Part shown: one piece after another, positions 16,435-27,283 of the stretch
Numbering within the stretch: position 1 is the first letter of the stretch
How the letters are laid out: each line of letters opens with the position of its first letter
From: Phycisphaerales bacterium
Lineage (GTDB): Bacteria > Planctomycetota > Phycisphaerae > Phycisphaerales > UBA1924
Assembly: GCA_022843545.1 (NCBI GenBank)
Contig: JALHNL010000002.1
Coordinates: forward strand, 47,992 to 111,991
DNA: 64,000 nt
Direction: 5' to 3'
Made by a program: the position numbers and the translations under genes
The notes under the pieces: generated by a model
Database searches by the model: none
The model's input: the letters and a program-made list of their open reading frames with translations, nothing else
What the model was told of the DNA's origin: nothing

Positions 16435-17581
16435 CGCGATCCAGTTCCGCCTTGAGTTCGTCGAAGAGCGCCAAGTCATCCGCCGCGCTCAGGCGCGTCC
16501 GCAGCCCGCTCAGCATGCCCGCCGCCCGCTCCGGCTGGTTGAACTCCCGCAGGCAGACCATCGCCACCAGCAATCGCACCTGCCGGGCTTCGGGTTCGTC
16601 CCGATACACCTTCGCGAATCGCTCATACGCCAGCACCCCCAGCACACGCTCCCCCGTGGCCATCAGGTGCGTCGCCAATTCGAGCTGAGCCTTCCGCGGC
16701 AGCGTCGTCGCCGCGTCCGCGCCCGCGTGCGCCGCGACCAGTTCCGCATACAGCCTCGCCGCGCCCGCCAGGTCGCGGGCCGCCACACGCTCGCTGATCG
16801 CCGCCCGCCTGAGGGCGATGTCGTTCAGAGCCTGCTCATCCACCGGCGAGACCCGCCTCGACGCCGCCGCGCGCTCACCCTCAGCCACGCTCGCGCGGAA
16901 GGCGCTCTTGCGCCGCCACCGCTCGAACATCGACAACACGTCAAACGGGCTCCGCGGCAACAGGCGCAGCCAGAGCAGCACCAGCGCCGACACGATCCCC
17001 ACGCCATAGCCGCCCAGGTGGGCCCAGGTGGCGATGTTCCCGGCCAGCGCGTGCCCCGGCCCGCTGAGGTACAGGTCCTTCGCGATGTACAGCCCGATCA
17101 GAACCCACGCCGGGATGGGCACCGTCGCCAACGGCACCATCAGTCGCACCGTGGGCCACAGGATCAGGAAAGCCCCGGCCACCGCCGCGATCGCCCCCGA
17201 GGCCCCCACCGCCGGCGCGCCGGTCATCCCGATGTGAGCCAGCGCCGCCCCCACCGCGCCGCACACATACAGCAGCCCGAACCCGATTCGACCCAGCCTC
17301 GCCTCCACCAAGGGTCCGAAAACCATGAGCCCCAGCATGTTGAAGATGAGGTGCATCCACCCCGCATGGATCAGGGCGTGGCTCAGGAGCGTCCACCACC
17401 GCCCCCCCGAAGGGTCCAGCGCCAGTTGCATCGCCGCCGGGCTCGCCCATGGGGGGAACCCCGGCGGGGCCTGACCCGACCACAGGAGCTGCCAGAAAAA
17501 CACCAGCACCGTCAGCGCGATGATCCCCCCGGTCACCACCGGCGGGCTGTGCGATCGGTCGGTGGTTGGGAAGATGGGCAT
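16403..17581 (-). CDS. Rhomboid-family intramembrane serine protease with C-terminal helical (TPR-like) domain
   Basis: 392 aa with HAGWMHLIFNMLGL, GASGAIAAVAGAF (catalytic Ser) and HLGGYGVG (catalytic His). The C-terminal approx 170 aa are soluble and helical. Confidence 0.8.
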   Translation of the reverse strand: MPIFPTTDRSHSPPVVTGGIIALTVLVFFWQLLWSGQAPPGFPPWASPAAMQLALDPSGGRWWTLLSHALIHAGWMHLIFNMLGLMVFGPLVEARLGRIGFGLLYVCGAVGAALAHIGMTGAPAVGASGAIAAVAGAFLILWPTVRLMVPLATVPIPAWVLIGLYIAKDLYLSGPGHALAGNIATWAHLGGYGVGIVSALVLLWLRLLPRSPFDVLSMFERWRRKSAFRASVAEGERAAASRRVSPVDEQALNDIALRRAAISERVAARDLAGAARLYAELVAAHAGADAATTLPRKAQLELATHLMATGERVLGVLAYERFAKVYRDEPEARQVRLLVAMVCLREFNQPERAAGMLSGLRTRLSAADDLALFDELKAELDRVRPDPGAAML

Positions 17582-17770
17582 GGGTGACCGAACACACGGA
17601 GCAACGCCGCAGACCCACGGCTAAAGGGCCGAGCCGGGCAAGGGCGAGGTTACGCCGACCCGAGTTCAGAGACCGCCAATGCTTCGCTCGCCGCACGCGC
17701 GCGTCTATAGTCGGGACCACCCATGAACAGCGCTCCCAACGCTCCCCGCTCAGCTCAGGAATCCACACCC

Positions 17771-18901
17771 ATGACCGCGTACAGCAAGGGCCTCGAAGGC
17801 GTCGTCGCCGCTGAAACCAAGATGTCCTTCATCGACGGGGAGAAGGGCGTGCTCGAGTACGTCGGCATCCCCATCGGCGACCTCGCCAAGAACAGCACCT
17901 TTGAGGAAACCGTCTTCCTGCTGTGGAACGGCCGGCTTCCCAAGGCCGCCGAACTGGCCGCGTTCACCGCCGAGATCCGCAAGCACTACGAGCTCCCCGC
18001 GGGCATGGAGCAGCGTCTGCTGGCGCTCCCGCGCGACGCCAAGCCCATGCACATGATCCGGACGATGGTGTCCGCGCTGTCGATGCACGACCAGAACCCC
18101 GACGCCAACGACGCGCCCTCGCTGCGCGAGCGCGCCATCAGCATCCTCGGGCGCGTCCCCACCCTGCTCGCCTACTTCCACCGCTACCGCTCGGGCATGC
18201 CGCTGGTCCGCCCCGACACCTCGCTGAGTATCGCCGAGAACTTCCTCTACATGCTCAACGCCGCCCGACCCACCGCCACCATGGCCAAGGCCATGGACGT
18301 GTGCCTCGTCCTCCACGCCGACCACGGGCTCAACAACTCCACGTTCTCCGCCCGCAGCGTCATCAGCACCCAGAGCGACATGTACTCCGCCATCACGGCC
18401 GCCATCGGCAGCCTCAAGGGCCCGCTGCACGGCGGCGCCAACGAGGGCGTGATGGTGATGCTCAACGAGATCCCCAGCGTCGAGGCCGCCGAGAAGTACG
18501 TACTCGACAAGCTGTCTCGCAAGGACAAGATCATGGGCTTCGGGCACCGGATCTACAAGTCCTACGACCCCCGCGCGACCCACCTGAAGGTGCTCGCCAA
18601 GCAGCTCGCCTCCGACACCGGCAACATGGCTCTGTACGAGAAGTCCACCGCCATCGAGAAGACGATGGAAACCGCGGTCGCGGCCAAGGGCATCTACCCC
18701 AACGTCGACTTCTACAGCGCGACCACGTATCACTGCATCGGGCTGCCGCTGGACCTGTTCACGCCCGTCTTCGTGATCGCCCGCGTCGGCGGCTGGGCCG
18801 GGCACGTGATCGAGCAGATGGGCGACAACCGCCTCTATCGCCCCGATGTGCTCTACAAGGGCCCCCACAACGCCCCGTACGTGCCGATGGCGCAGCGCTG
18901 A
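17771..18901 (+). CDS. gltA: Citrate synthase
   Basis: Has MTAYSKGLEGVVAAETKMSFIDGEKGVLEYVG..., HADHGLNNSTF and GFGHRIYKSYDPRA. The ORF opens at 17723; ATG 17771 matches usual citrate synthase N-termini better. Confidence 0.9.
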   Translation: MTAYSKGLEGVVAAETKMSFIDGEKGVLEYVGIPIGDLAKNSTFEETVFLLWNGRLPKAAELAAFTAEIRKHYELPAGMEQRLLALPRDAKPMHMIRTMVSALSMHDQNPDANDAPSLRERAISILGRVPTLLAYFHRYRSGMPLVRPDTSLSIAENFLYMLNAARPTATMAKAMDVCLVLHADHGLNNSTFSARSVISTQSDMYSAITAAIGSLKGPLHGGANEGVMVMLNEIPSVEAAEKYVLDKLSRKDKIMGFGHRIYKSYDPRATHLKVLAKQLASDTGNMALYEKSTAIEKTMETAVAAKGIYPNVDFYSATTYHCIGLPLDLFTPVFVIARVGGWAGHVIEQMGDNRLYRPDVLYKGPHNAPYVPMAQR

Positions 18902-19068
18902 TCCGCCGCTTCCCGCGACCCCTTGGCCATCCGGTAGCGGAGCCCCGTGCGCTCAGCATGCTGAGCAGGCTCGGCATCGCACAGGCGAAAGCGAACCAGG
19001 CGAAGCTCCGCAACGAGCCCGCCCTCATGCGGTGGATGAAGATCGCCTCACGCCCCACACACGCTTCC

Positions 19069-19944
19069 CTACCGGAGCGTGCCGTCCCGCTTCATCGACT
19101 CCAGCAGCGGCGCAAACCGCAGGGCCAACTCAACCCGGTTGGACACCCCCAGCAGACGATAGATCTTCTTGACATGATCGTGGACGGTGTGACGACTGCG
19201 GAAGATCCTGGCTGCGATTTCGGCCTCGGAGAGTCCTTCCACCAGAAACGGCAGCAGCGCTCGCTGCGTCTCGCCGAGCTTCTCATAGGCCGCCATCGCC
19301 AGATGCGGGCGACCCTCGCGCGAGGTCGCCGCCTCGCCCTTCAGCATCGCGGGAAGAACGTGCTGATGAGCCAGTTCGATCACGCCGTTCTCAATCGGCC
19401 CGAAGTCGGGAGTGGGAGTTTGACGCGCCAGGGCGAATCCCGCGATCCAGTTGGGCTCGTCGGGAATGGGCTGGAACCCCAGCACGCGCGACGAGATCCC
19501 CAGTTGGCTGACCAGCGAAGGATGGCCCTGGCCCAGGTCCAGCCCGTCGTGGTCGCGGCTGCCCGATCGCGCGTAGAACAAAGCGGGCGTGCGCGCCCGG
19601 CACGCCTTGGCCACCAGAGGATCGCGCATGCTCGGTTCGGCTTGCGAGGTGAGGGCCTCAAGCCACGGAGCGGGACCCTCGAACGCGGCCCATCCGGTCT
19701 GGAAGCACGAGTTGATATCCACCTTTCGGTTCTGCCCCATGTCACGGTGAACAAAGCCGACCCAAACGCACGGACATGGAACCAACCGCTTCAGCCCTAA
19801 TCCCAACGCCTCAGCGGCCTTAGCAAAAGGTTGGCCACGCATGGCGGCCTGTGTCTCGAGCAAGGTGCGTGCATACGCAATCGGGTCCGAGACCGTTGAC
19901 GGTTCTTGAGCATCACCACATTCTGGGTCAGCCATTTCGCTCAC
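19069..19944 (-). CDS. LuxR-family transcriptional regulator (C-terminal HTH)
   Basis: 291 aa with a C-terminal LSEAEIAARIFRSRHTVHDHVKKIYRLLGVSNRVELA GerE/LuxR-type HTH. The N-terminal domain is unassigned. The 5' part of the gene and its upstream spacer are visibly lower in GC. Confidence 0.7.
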   Translation of the reverse strand: MSEMADPECGDAQEPSTVSDPIAYARTLLETQAAMRGQPFAKAAEALGLGLKRLVPCPCVWVGFVHRDMGQNRKVDINSCFQTGWAAFEGPAPWLEALTSQAEPSMRDPLVAKACRARTPALFYARSGSRDHDGLDLGQGHPSLVSQLGISSRVLGFQPIPDEPNWIAGFALARQTPTPDFGPIENGVIELAHQHVLPAMLKGEAATSREGRPHLAMAAYEKLGETQRALLPFLVEGLSEAEIAARIFRSRHTVHDHVKKIYRLLGVSNRVELALRFAPLLESMKRDGTLR

Positions 19945-20144
19945 TCGATCTCTTAGCCATTTTCAATCAGTCCAACGTAACTCTGATTGTGGCGAGATCG
20001 GCGTGACTTTTGACGAAGAAGTGCCCTCGCACTGTCCACGACCACCCACTCAGGCGGTCTGAATGGGAACAAGTACTTAGCGCATTGGGCTGGGAAAGCA
20101 CGGCTGCCAGCTTGTCGATGCGGAGCCCGACACCCACTTGGGCG

Positions 20145-20549
20145 TCACAGCTCGCCGAGCACGGTCAGCACATCCCGCAAGACCAGCTCACTCCGCGTCC
20201 GGTCGCCGAAGGGGGTGAGGTGGATCTCGATCAGCGTCCCCCCCGGCTGGGCGGAGGCGGTGATCTGATACTCCTCAACCACTGACCCGCCAGCGAACCG
20301 GGCGCGGATCCGCGAACGCTCTTCGCTGGTGTATCGCCCAACCAAAACCCAACCACGAGACTCTACCACCTGCTCGGCCGCCGCCTGGACGGTGAGCGGA
20401 TCCACATTCGGGACCAGCGTCCGTGTGACCGCCAGGTCGTAGGTGGCGACCAGCCCCGTGTCGGCGATGGGCTGGGGTGAACCACAGCCCCCAAGGAGGG
20501 CCGGGGCGAGCGAGGCGAGAGCGAGCGTGCGGAGGCGGGACATGCTCAA
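20145..20549 (-). CDS. Hypothetical lipoprotein
   Basis: 134 aa with signal plus lipobox MSMSRLRTLALASLAPALLGGC. Confidence 0.55.
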   Translation of the reverse strand: MSMSRLRTLALASLAPALLGGCGSPQPIADTGLVATYDLAVTRTLVPNVDPLTVQAAAEQVVESRGWVLVGRYTSEERSRIRARFAGGSVVEEYQITASAQPGGTLIEIHLTPFGDRTRSELVLRDVLTVLGEL

Positions 20550-20695
20550 GGAATCGGACCGCGGACGGGCGCCCCGTCAATCCTGGGCGGAATACCCCGA
20601 ATTCACTTGACCTGAGCGGGCGGGCGGGCTTCAGTTGGGGCCCTGAAAACCAACCCGTCCAGGCCTGGGCGGGAACTCTGAAAGGTGAGATTCGA

Positions 20696-20986
20696 ATGGC
20701 GATCCGCGTGAAGTCCCGTAGCGGCGAGTCCGCCGAGCAGATGATGCGCCGGTTCAAGAAGCTCTGCGAGAAGGAGGGCTTGAACAAGGACATCAAGCGG
20801 AAGGAATACTACGAGAAGCCCTCGGAGCGCAACCGCCGCGACCAGCGCAAGGCCATCGCGCGGCGCATCCGCGAGCAGATGGAAGCCTCCGGCGAGCGGC
20901 CCATGCGCATGGGCCGCGGCGGCCCGGGCATGAAGGCCGGCGGCGGTCCGGGCGGGCCCGGCGGTCCGCGCGGCGGGTCGCGCTGA
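20696..20986 (+). CDS. rpsU: 30S ribosomal protein S21 with Gly/Pro-rich C-terminal tail
   Basis: MAIRVKSRSGESAEQMMRRFKKLCEKEGLNKDIKRKEYYEKPSERNRR is classic S21. AAAGGTGAG lies upstream of ATG 20696. Confidence 0.9.
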   Translation: MAIRVKSRSGESAEQMMRRFKKLCEKEGLNKDIKRKEYYEKPSERNRRDQRKAIARRIREQMEASGERPMRMGRGGPGMKAGGGPGGPGGPRGGSR

Positions 20987-21005
20987 AATCAGACTGATCC
21001 TGCTC

Positions 21006-21040
21006 AACCGCCCGCGGATGACGCGGGCGGTTGTCTTTTT
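21006..21040 (+). terminator. Rho-independent terminator after rpsU
   Basis: Stem aaccgcccgcg / cgcgggcggtt with loop gatga, followed by gtcttttt. Confidence 0.7.
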
Positions 21041-21256
21041 GGGGGCCCGGCGGCCGGCGGCGGGACCTTGTGGTCACTTGACGGGTGGGCCGCCCCACGG
21101 CAAACTAGGAACCCTTGTCCCCAAGTCCCTTCCTCTTAGGGGTTTGCGGGGCTACTGTCCGCCCTTCTCTTCGGCACGGCGGGGTCGTGCCGATACTGCC
21201 CCGCAGCCCCATCGTTCGCAAATCGTGCGGTTCTTCTTTGCCCGGAGGCAAACATC

Positions 21257-24124
<2,868 letters not shown>

Positions 24125-24127
<3 letters not shown>

Positions 24128-24168
24128 CGAAATGACGAAGTGACGGAGTGACGGAGTGACGAAGTGAA
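24125..24168 (+). repeat. Octamer array TGACGRAG x5-6, starting with the hppA stop codon
   Basis: Reads tgacgaaa tgacgaag tgacggag tgacggag tgacgaag tgaag. TGA recurs every 8 nt and so falls in all three frames. Confidence 0.9.
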
Positions 24169-24176
24169 GATCAAGA

Positions 24177-24205
24177 CCCCGCCCGGGTGACTGGGCGGGG
24201 TTTTT
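24177..24205 (+). terminator. Rho-independent terminator after hppA
   Basis: Stem ccccgccc / gggcgggg followed by ttttt. Confidence 0.7.
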
Positions 24206-24282
24206 CGTTTGTGGAGTGAAGGTGTCGCGAAGCGCTGCGGGGCGGGTGATGGCGTGCTCGTGTTGCTCGCTACTGTTTGCCC

Positions 24283-24749
24283 ATGCGCGTGTGGCGGAAC
24301 ATGAGGTGGCGGACGCGGACGGCTACCGCCCTCGCCGTGTTCGTCTCCATTTCCTATGCCGCGGCGTCTTTAGGCGAAATCGCCTGGAATCGCGCCGACG
24401 ATCGCCTACTTCTGGCGCTCTCTGAGGGTTCCGTCGGAGGCTCCTATATGGACGGGGCACCACGCTGGCCCATCACAGACACGGGCTGGAGTGCGAAGTG
24501 GAGCCGCTTTCCGAATCGATGGTGGTTCTGGTTCGATCGCACGTCATCGTTCCGAGGCGCACCAGTCGTCTACACAGCGTCAATCCCGCTCTGGGTCCCC
24601 AGCGTCATAACCTGGGGCGCCGCGCTCTGGCTGTGGCGGATCGACCGGCGGCGCTGGGCACTTGCCGCGGCTGCGGCTATAGCCTGCGCGGCCTGCGGCT
24701 CGGCGCGGCGTGCCCGGAGTGCGGGCAGATACCCCGGCCCGCTCCATAG
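24283..24749 (+). pseudogene. Zinc-ribbon membrane protein paralog B, apparently frameshifted
   Basis: The frame from ATG 24283 encodes a membrane-like protein (...VVYTASIPLWVPSVITWGAALWLWRIDRRR). The CRGCGYSLRGLRLGAACPECGQIPRPAP* ribbon lies in the adjacent frame (24663-24749). The switch must fall near 24640-24660. There are more A/T-ending codons than in neighbouring genes. Confidence 0.45.
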
Positions 24750-24851
24750 CCGCATTGCGCGTCTGGCAAGTCTGTCGATGATGACGGCTGAGACGAGATC
24801 GAAGAAGGCAGCAAGCCACGCGGCATCGAGGCATCAAGCCCGAACACTCGA

Positions 24852-24899
24852 CCACTCCGCTACTCCGTCACTCCGTCACTCCGTCACTCCGTCACTTCT
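24852..24899 (-). repeat. Octamer array (sense strand AGTGACGG x4-5) immediately 3' of the nuoD stop
   Basis: Plus strand reads ccactccg ctactccg tcactccg tcactccg tcactccg tcacttct. Minus strand reads GAAGTGACGGAGTGACGGAGTGACGGAGTGACGGAGTAGCGG just after the TAG stop (24902-24904). Confidence 0.9.
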
Positions 24900-24901
24900 T
24901 C

Positions 24902-26188
24902 CTACCGGTCCAGTTCCGCCGCCACCACGTTGATCGAGCCGATGATCGCGACCACGTCGCTGACCAGGTGGCCTTCGGTGAGCTTGCTCATCATGCTGTA
25001 GTTGATGAAGCACGGCGGGCGGACCTTGACGCGCCAGGGGCGGGGGCCGCCGTCGGCGACGATGTAGTAGCCCAGTTCGCCGTTGGGGCTCTCGACCGCG
25101 GCGTAGGCCTCGGCGACCGGGGCCTTCCAGCCGCGGTTGCTCATGATGAGCTCGAAGTGCTGGATGAGGCCTTCGATGGAGCCGTAGACGTCCTTCTTGG
25201 GCGGCTTGACGACCTTGCCGTCGGCGAGGGTGTCGACGGGGCCCTTGGGGATGTTGTCGATGAGTTGGCGGACGATGGAGAGCGACTCGCGCATCTCGTG
25301 AGCGCGCACGAGGTAGCGGGCGTAGCAGTCGCCCTCGGTGGCGATGGGGACCTGGAACTTGACGGCGGGCGCGCCCTGGCCGTCCCAGTTGTCGGCGTAG
25401 CAGAGGTACGGGTTGTCCTTGCGCAGGTCGCGGCGCACGCCGCTGGCGCGGGCCATGGGGCCGCTGAGCGACCAGGCGATCGCGTCCTCCTTGGAGATGA
25501 CGCCGATGCCCTGGGTGCGGTCCATGAAGATGCGGTTGCGGAGCAGGAGCCCGTCCATCTCGTCGACGGTCTTGGCGATGTCGTCGACGGCGCGCTTGAC
25601 GAGGCGCTTGAACATCTCCTCGTCGGGCACGTCCTGCATGAGCCCGCCGACGCGGGTCCAGTCGGGGTGGAAGCGCTGGCCGCTGACGTAGTCGCACAGG
25701 TCGTAGATGAGTTCGCGGCTGTTGAAGCCGTAGATGAACGCGGTGAACGCGCCCAGGTCGAGCCCGGCGGCGCCGCAGCAAAGCAGGTGGTTCTGGATGC
25801 GGCCCAGCTCGAACATGATGGTGCGGAGGGCCTTGCAGCGCGGGGTGATGTCGATGTCGAAGAGGTGCTCGACGGCGTGGTGCCAGGCGATGTCGTTGCA
25901 GATGGGCGAGAGGTAGTCCATCCGCGAGACGACGGTGACGTACTGGTTGTAGTCGTGGTGCTCGGCGAGCTTCTCGAAGCCCGAGTGGAGGTAGCCGATG
26001 TGGGGCGTGCAGCGGACGACGCGCTCGCCGTCGAGCTCGAGCACCAGGCGCAGGGTGGTGTGCGTGGCGGGGTGCTGGGGGCCGAAGTTCAGGACCCAGC
26101 GCTCGCCGGTGTCGACGTGCTGCTTGATGTAGTCGATGCGCTCGACGTCAACGTCGAATCCGTCGTGGGGCTTCAGCGTGAAGGCCAT
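24902..26188 (-). CDS. nuoD: NADH-quinone oxidoreductase subunit D
   Basis: Has MAFTLKPHDGFDVDVERIDYIKQHVDTGERWVLNFGPQHPATHTTLRLVLELDGE and ends ...IGSINVVAAELDR. Start ATG 26188 is preceded by GAGGAG. The upstream ORF extension (26189-26368) is repeat-derived. Confidence 0.9.
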   Translation of the reverse strand: MAFTLKPHDGFDVDVERIDYIKQHVDTGERWVLNFGPQHPATHTTLRLVLELDGERVVRCTPHIGYLHSGFEKLAEHHDYNQYVTVVSRMDYLSPICNDIAWHHAVEHLFDIDITPRCKALRTIMFELGRIQNHLLCCGAAGLDLGAFTAFIYGFNSRELIYDLCDYVSGQRFHPDWTRVGGLMQDVPDEEMFKRLVKRAVDDIAKTVDEMDGLLLRNRIFMDRTQGIGVISKEDAIAWSLSGPMARASGVRRDLRKDNPYLCYADNWDGQGAPAVKFQVPIATEGDCYARYLVRAHEMRESLSIVRQLIDNIPKGPVDTLADGKVVKPPKKDVYGSIEGLIQHFELIMSNRGWKAPVAEAYAAVESPNGELGYYIVADGGPRPWRVKVRPPCFINYSMMSKLTEGHLVSDVVAIIGSINVVAAELDR

Positions 26189-26236
26189 GAACGAAGGCTC
26201 CTCTGCGGGTGAGGCGGAGTGTAGGGCCCGGGGGGG

Positions 26237-26306
26237 AGGGGAGTCGGGAGCTGGCCATCGGGAGTCGGCCATCGGCCATCGGCCATCGGCATCCGGCAAT
26301 CGCCGA
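26237..26306. repeat. Heptamer array, about 10 units of CGGNNNT (core CGGCCAT x3)
   Basis: Reads ggggagt cgggagc tggccat cgggagt cggccat cggccat cggccat cggcatc cggcaat cgccgag. Lies in the divergent spacer between nuoD and 26367. Confidence 0.9.
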
Positions 26307-26366
26307 GAAGAGATGCCGTAACGCTCACCAGACTCTGGCCCGTGGCGCGGATCGGTAGAATGAGGC

Positions 26367-27236
26367 ATGGAGGCTCGATCGATGGTGGGTCATCCCGGGC
26401 TGACGGGCCGCCAGGCGGACACCGCCATCGGCCCGATGGGCCTGGGTGAGGTGATCGAGCTGCCGGTGACGTGCCGGCGCTGCGGGTACCGGCTGGAAGG
26501 CCTTCTGGTGTCGGGCCAGTGCCCCGAGTGTGGGCTGAGCGTCCTGACATCGCTGCGTCGCGGTGAACTGAGGTTCTCCACGCCCGGGCATCGGGCTCGG
26601 CTCTCTCGGGCGTGCCTGTTCATTGAGTACTCGCAGTTCGGCGTGTTCCTCGCGGTGCTCTGTCTAGGGCTGGATGGCGCGATCAGAACGGGGCTCATCA
26701 GCGGTCCACAAGGTTGGCTGAGCGTTCTGGCGGCGCTGCTGGCGCTCACGGGGCAGGTGCTGGGGCTGCTGGGATGGTGGCGACTGGCTACGCCCGACCC
26801 CGCCACGGTCGATGTGCGGGCGGATCGGGTCACCCGCGCGCTGATCCGTGGAGTGGTCGTGCTGCAGTCGGTCGGCGTGATCTGGACGGTGGCGAGTTCG
26901 GTGCTGACCGGCGCGGCGCTGGCCACCGAACCCCGCAGCGCCGCCGGGATGGCATCGGCGACCGGATTGAACTTCGCGGTGCTGCTGGGCGTGGCGACGT
27001 GGGTCGCGGGCGTGGTTGTCGGTCTGGTCTGTCTTTCCCGGATCTTGGCCAGCCTGCCCGCGCCGTGGGCCAGCGTGATGGCCTCGGCTTCCGCGGTGGC
27101 GGTTCCCGCTCTGCTGACGGCCATGTTCTTCAACTCGCTGATGGCACTGGCCATCGGATTGCTGCTAGCCCCGCTCGTTCCGGCGATCTTTGCCGATCGG
27201 TTGCGAGTCTTGCTTCGCGGCGTGAAGTCGTCGTGA
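26367..27236 (+). CDS. Zinc-ribbon membrane protein (paralog family C)
   Basis: 289 aa with CRRCGYRLEGLLVSGQCPECG at residues 36-56, then at least 6 hydrophobic helices. Confidence 0.6.
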   Translation: MEARSMVGHPGLTGRQADTAIGPMGLGEVIELPVTCRRCGYRLEGLLVSGQCPECGLSVLTSLRRGELRFSTPGHRARLSRACLFIEYSQFGVFLAVLCLGLDGAIRTGLISGPQGWLSVLAALLALTGQVLGLLGWWRLATPDPATVDVRADRVTRALIRGVVVLQSVGVIWTVASSVLTGAALATEPRSAAGMASATGLNFAVLLGVATWVAGVVVGLVCLSRILASLPAPWASVMASASAVAVPALLTAMFFNSLMALAIGLLLAPLVPAIFADRLRVLLRGVKSS

Positions 27237-27283
27237 TCAGGCCTGAACCTCCGCAGGGCCGTGGACGGCGCGGCTTCACCCGT

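Noticed and set aside
19740-20144. Lower-GC stretch at the LuxR gene 5' end and upstream spacer as a horizontally acquired islet
   Set aside because: It is only a few hundred nt with no mobility genes or flanking repeats. Promoter-proximal AT enrichment is a sufficient explanation.
26237-26306. Short tandem arrays as CRISPR loci
   Set aside because: The units are 7-8 nt and directly abutting, with no spacers, and there are no cas genes. They are not CRISPR.
26189-26368. N-terminal extensions of track ORFs: nuoD to 26368, S10 to 45957, flavin reductase to 58104, adaptor to 11235, GT2 to 49278, esterase to 28867, 45346-46242 of the 820-aa ORF
   Set aside because: The extensions translate repeat arrays or low-complexity sequence, lack homology to the family N-termini, and often overlap neighbouring genes. 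Internal starts with SD-like sequences or signal peptides fit better.
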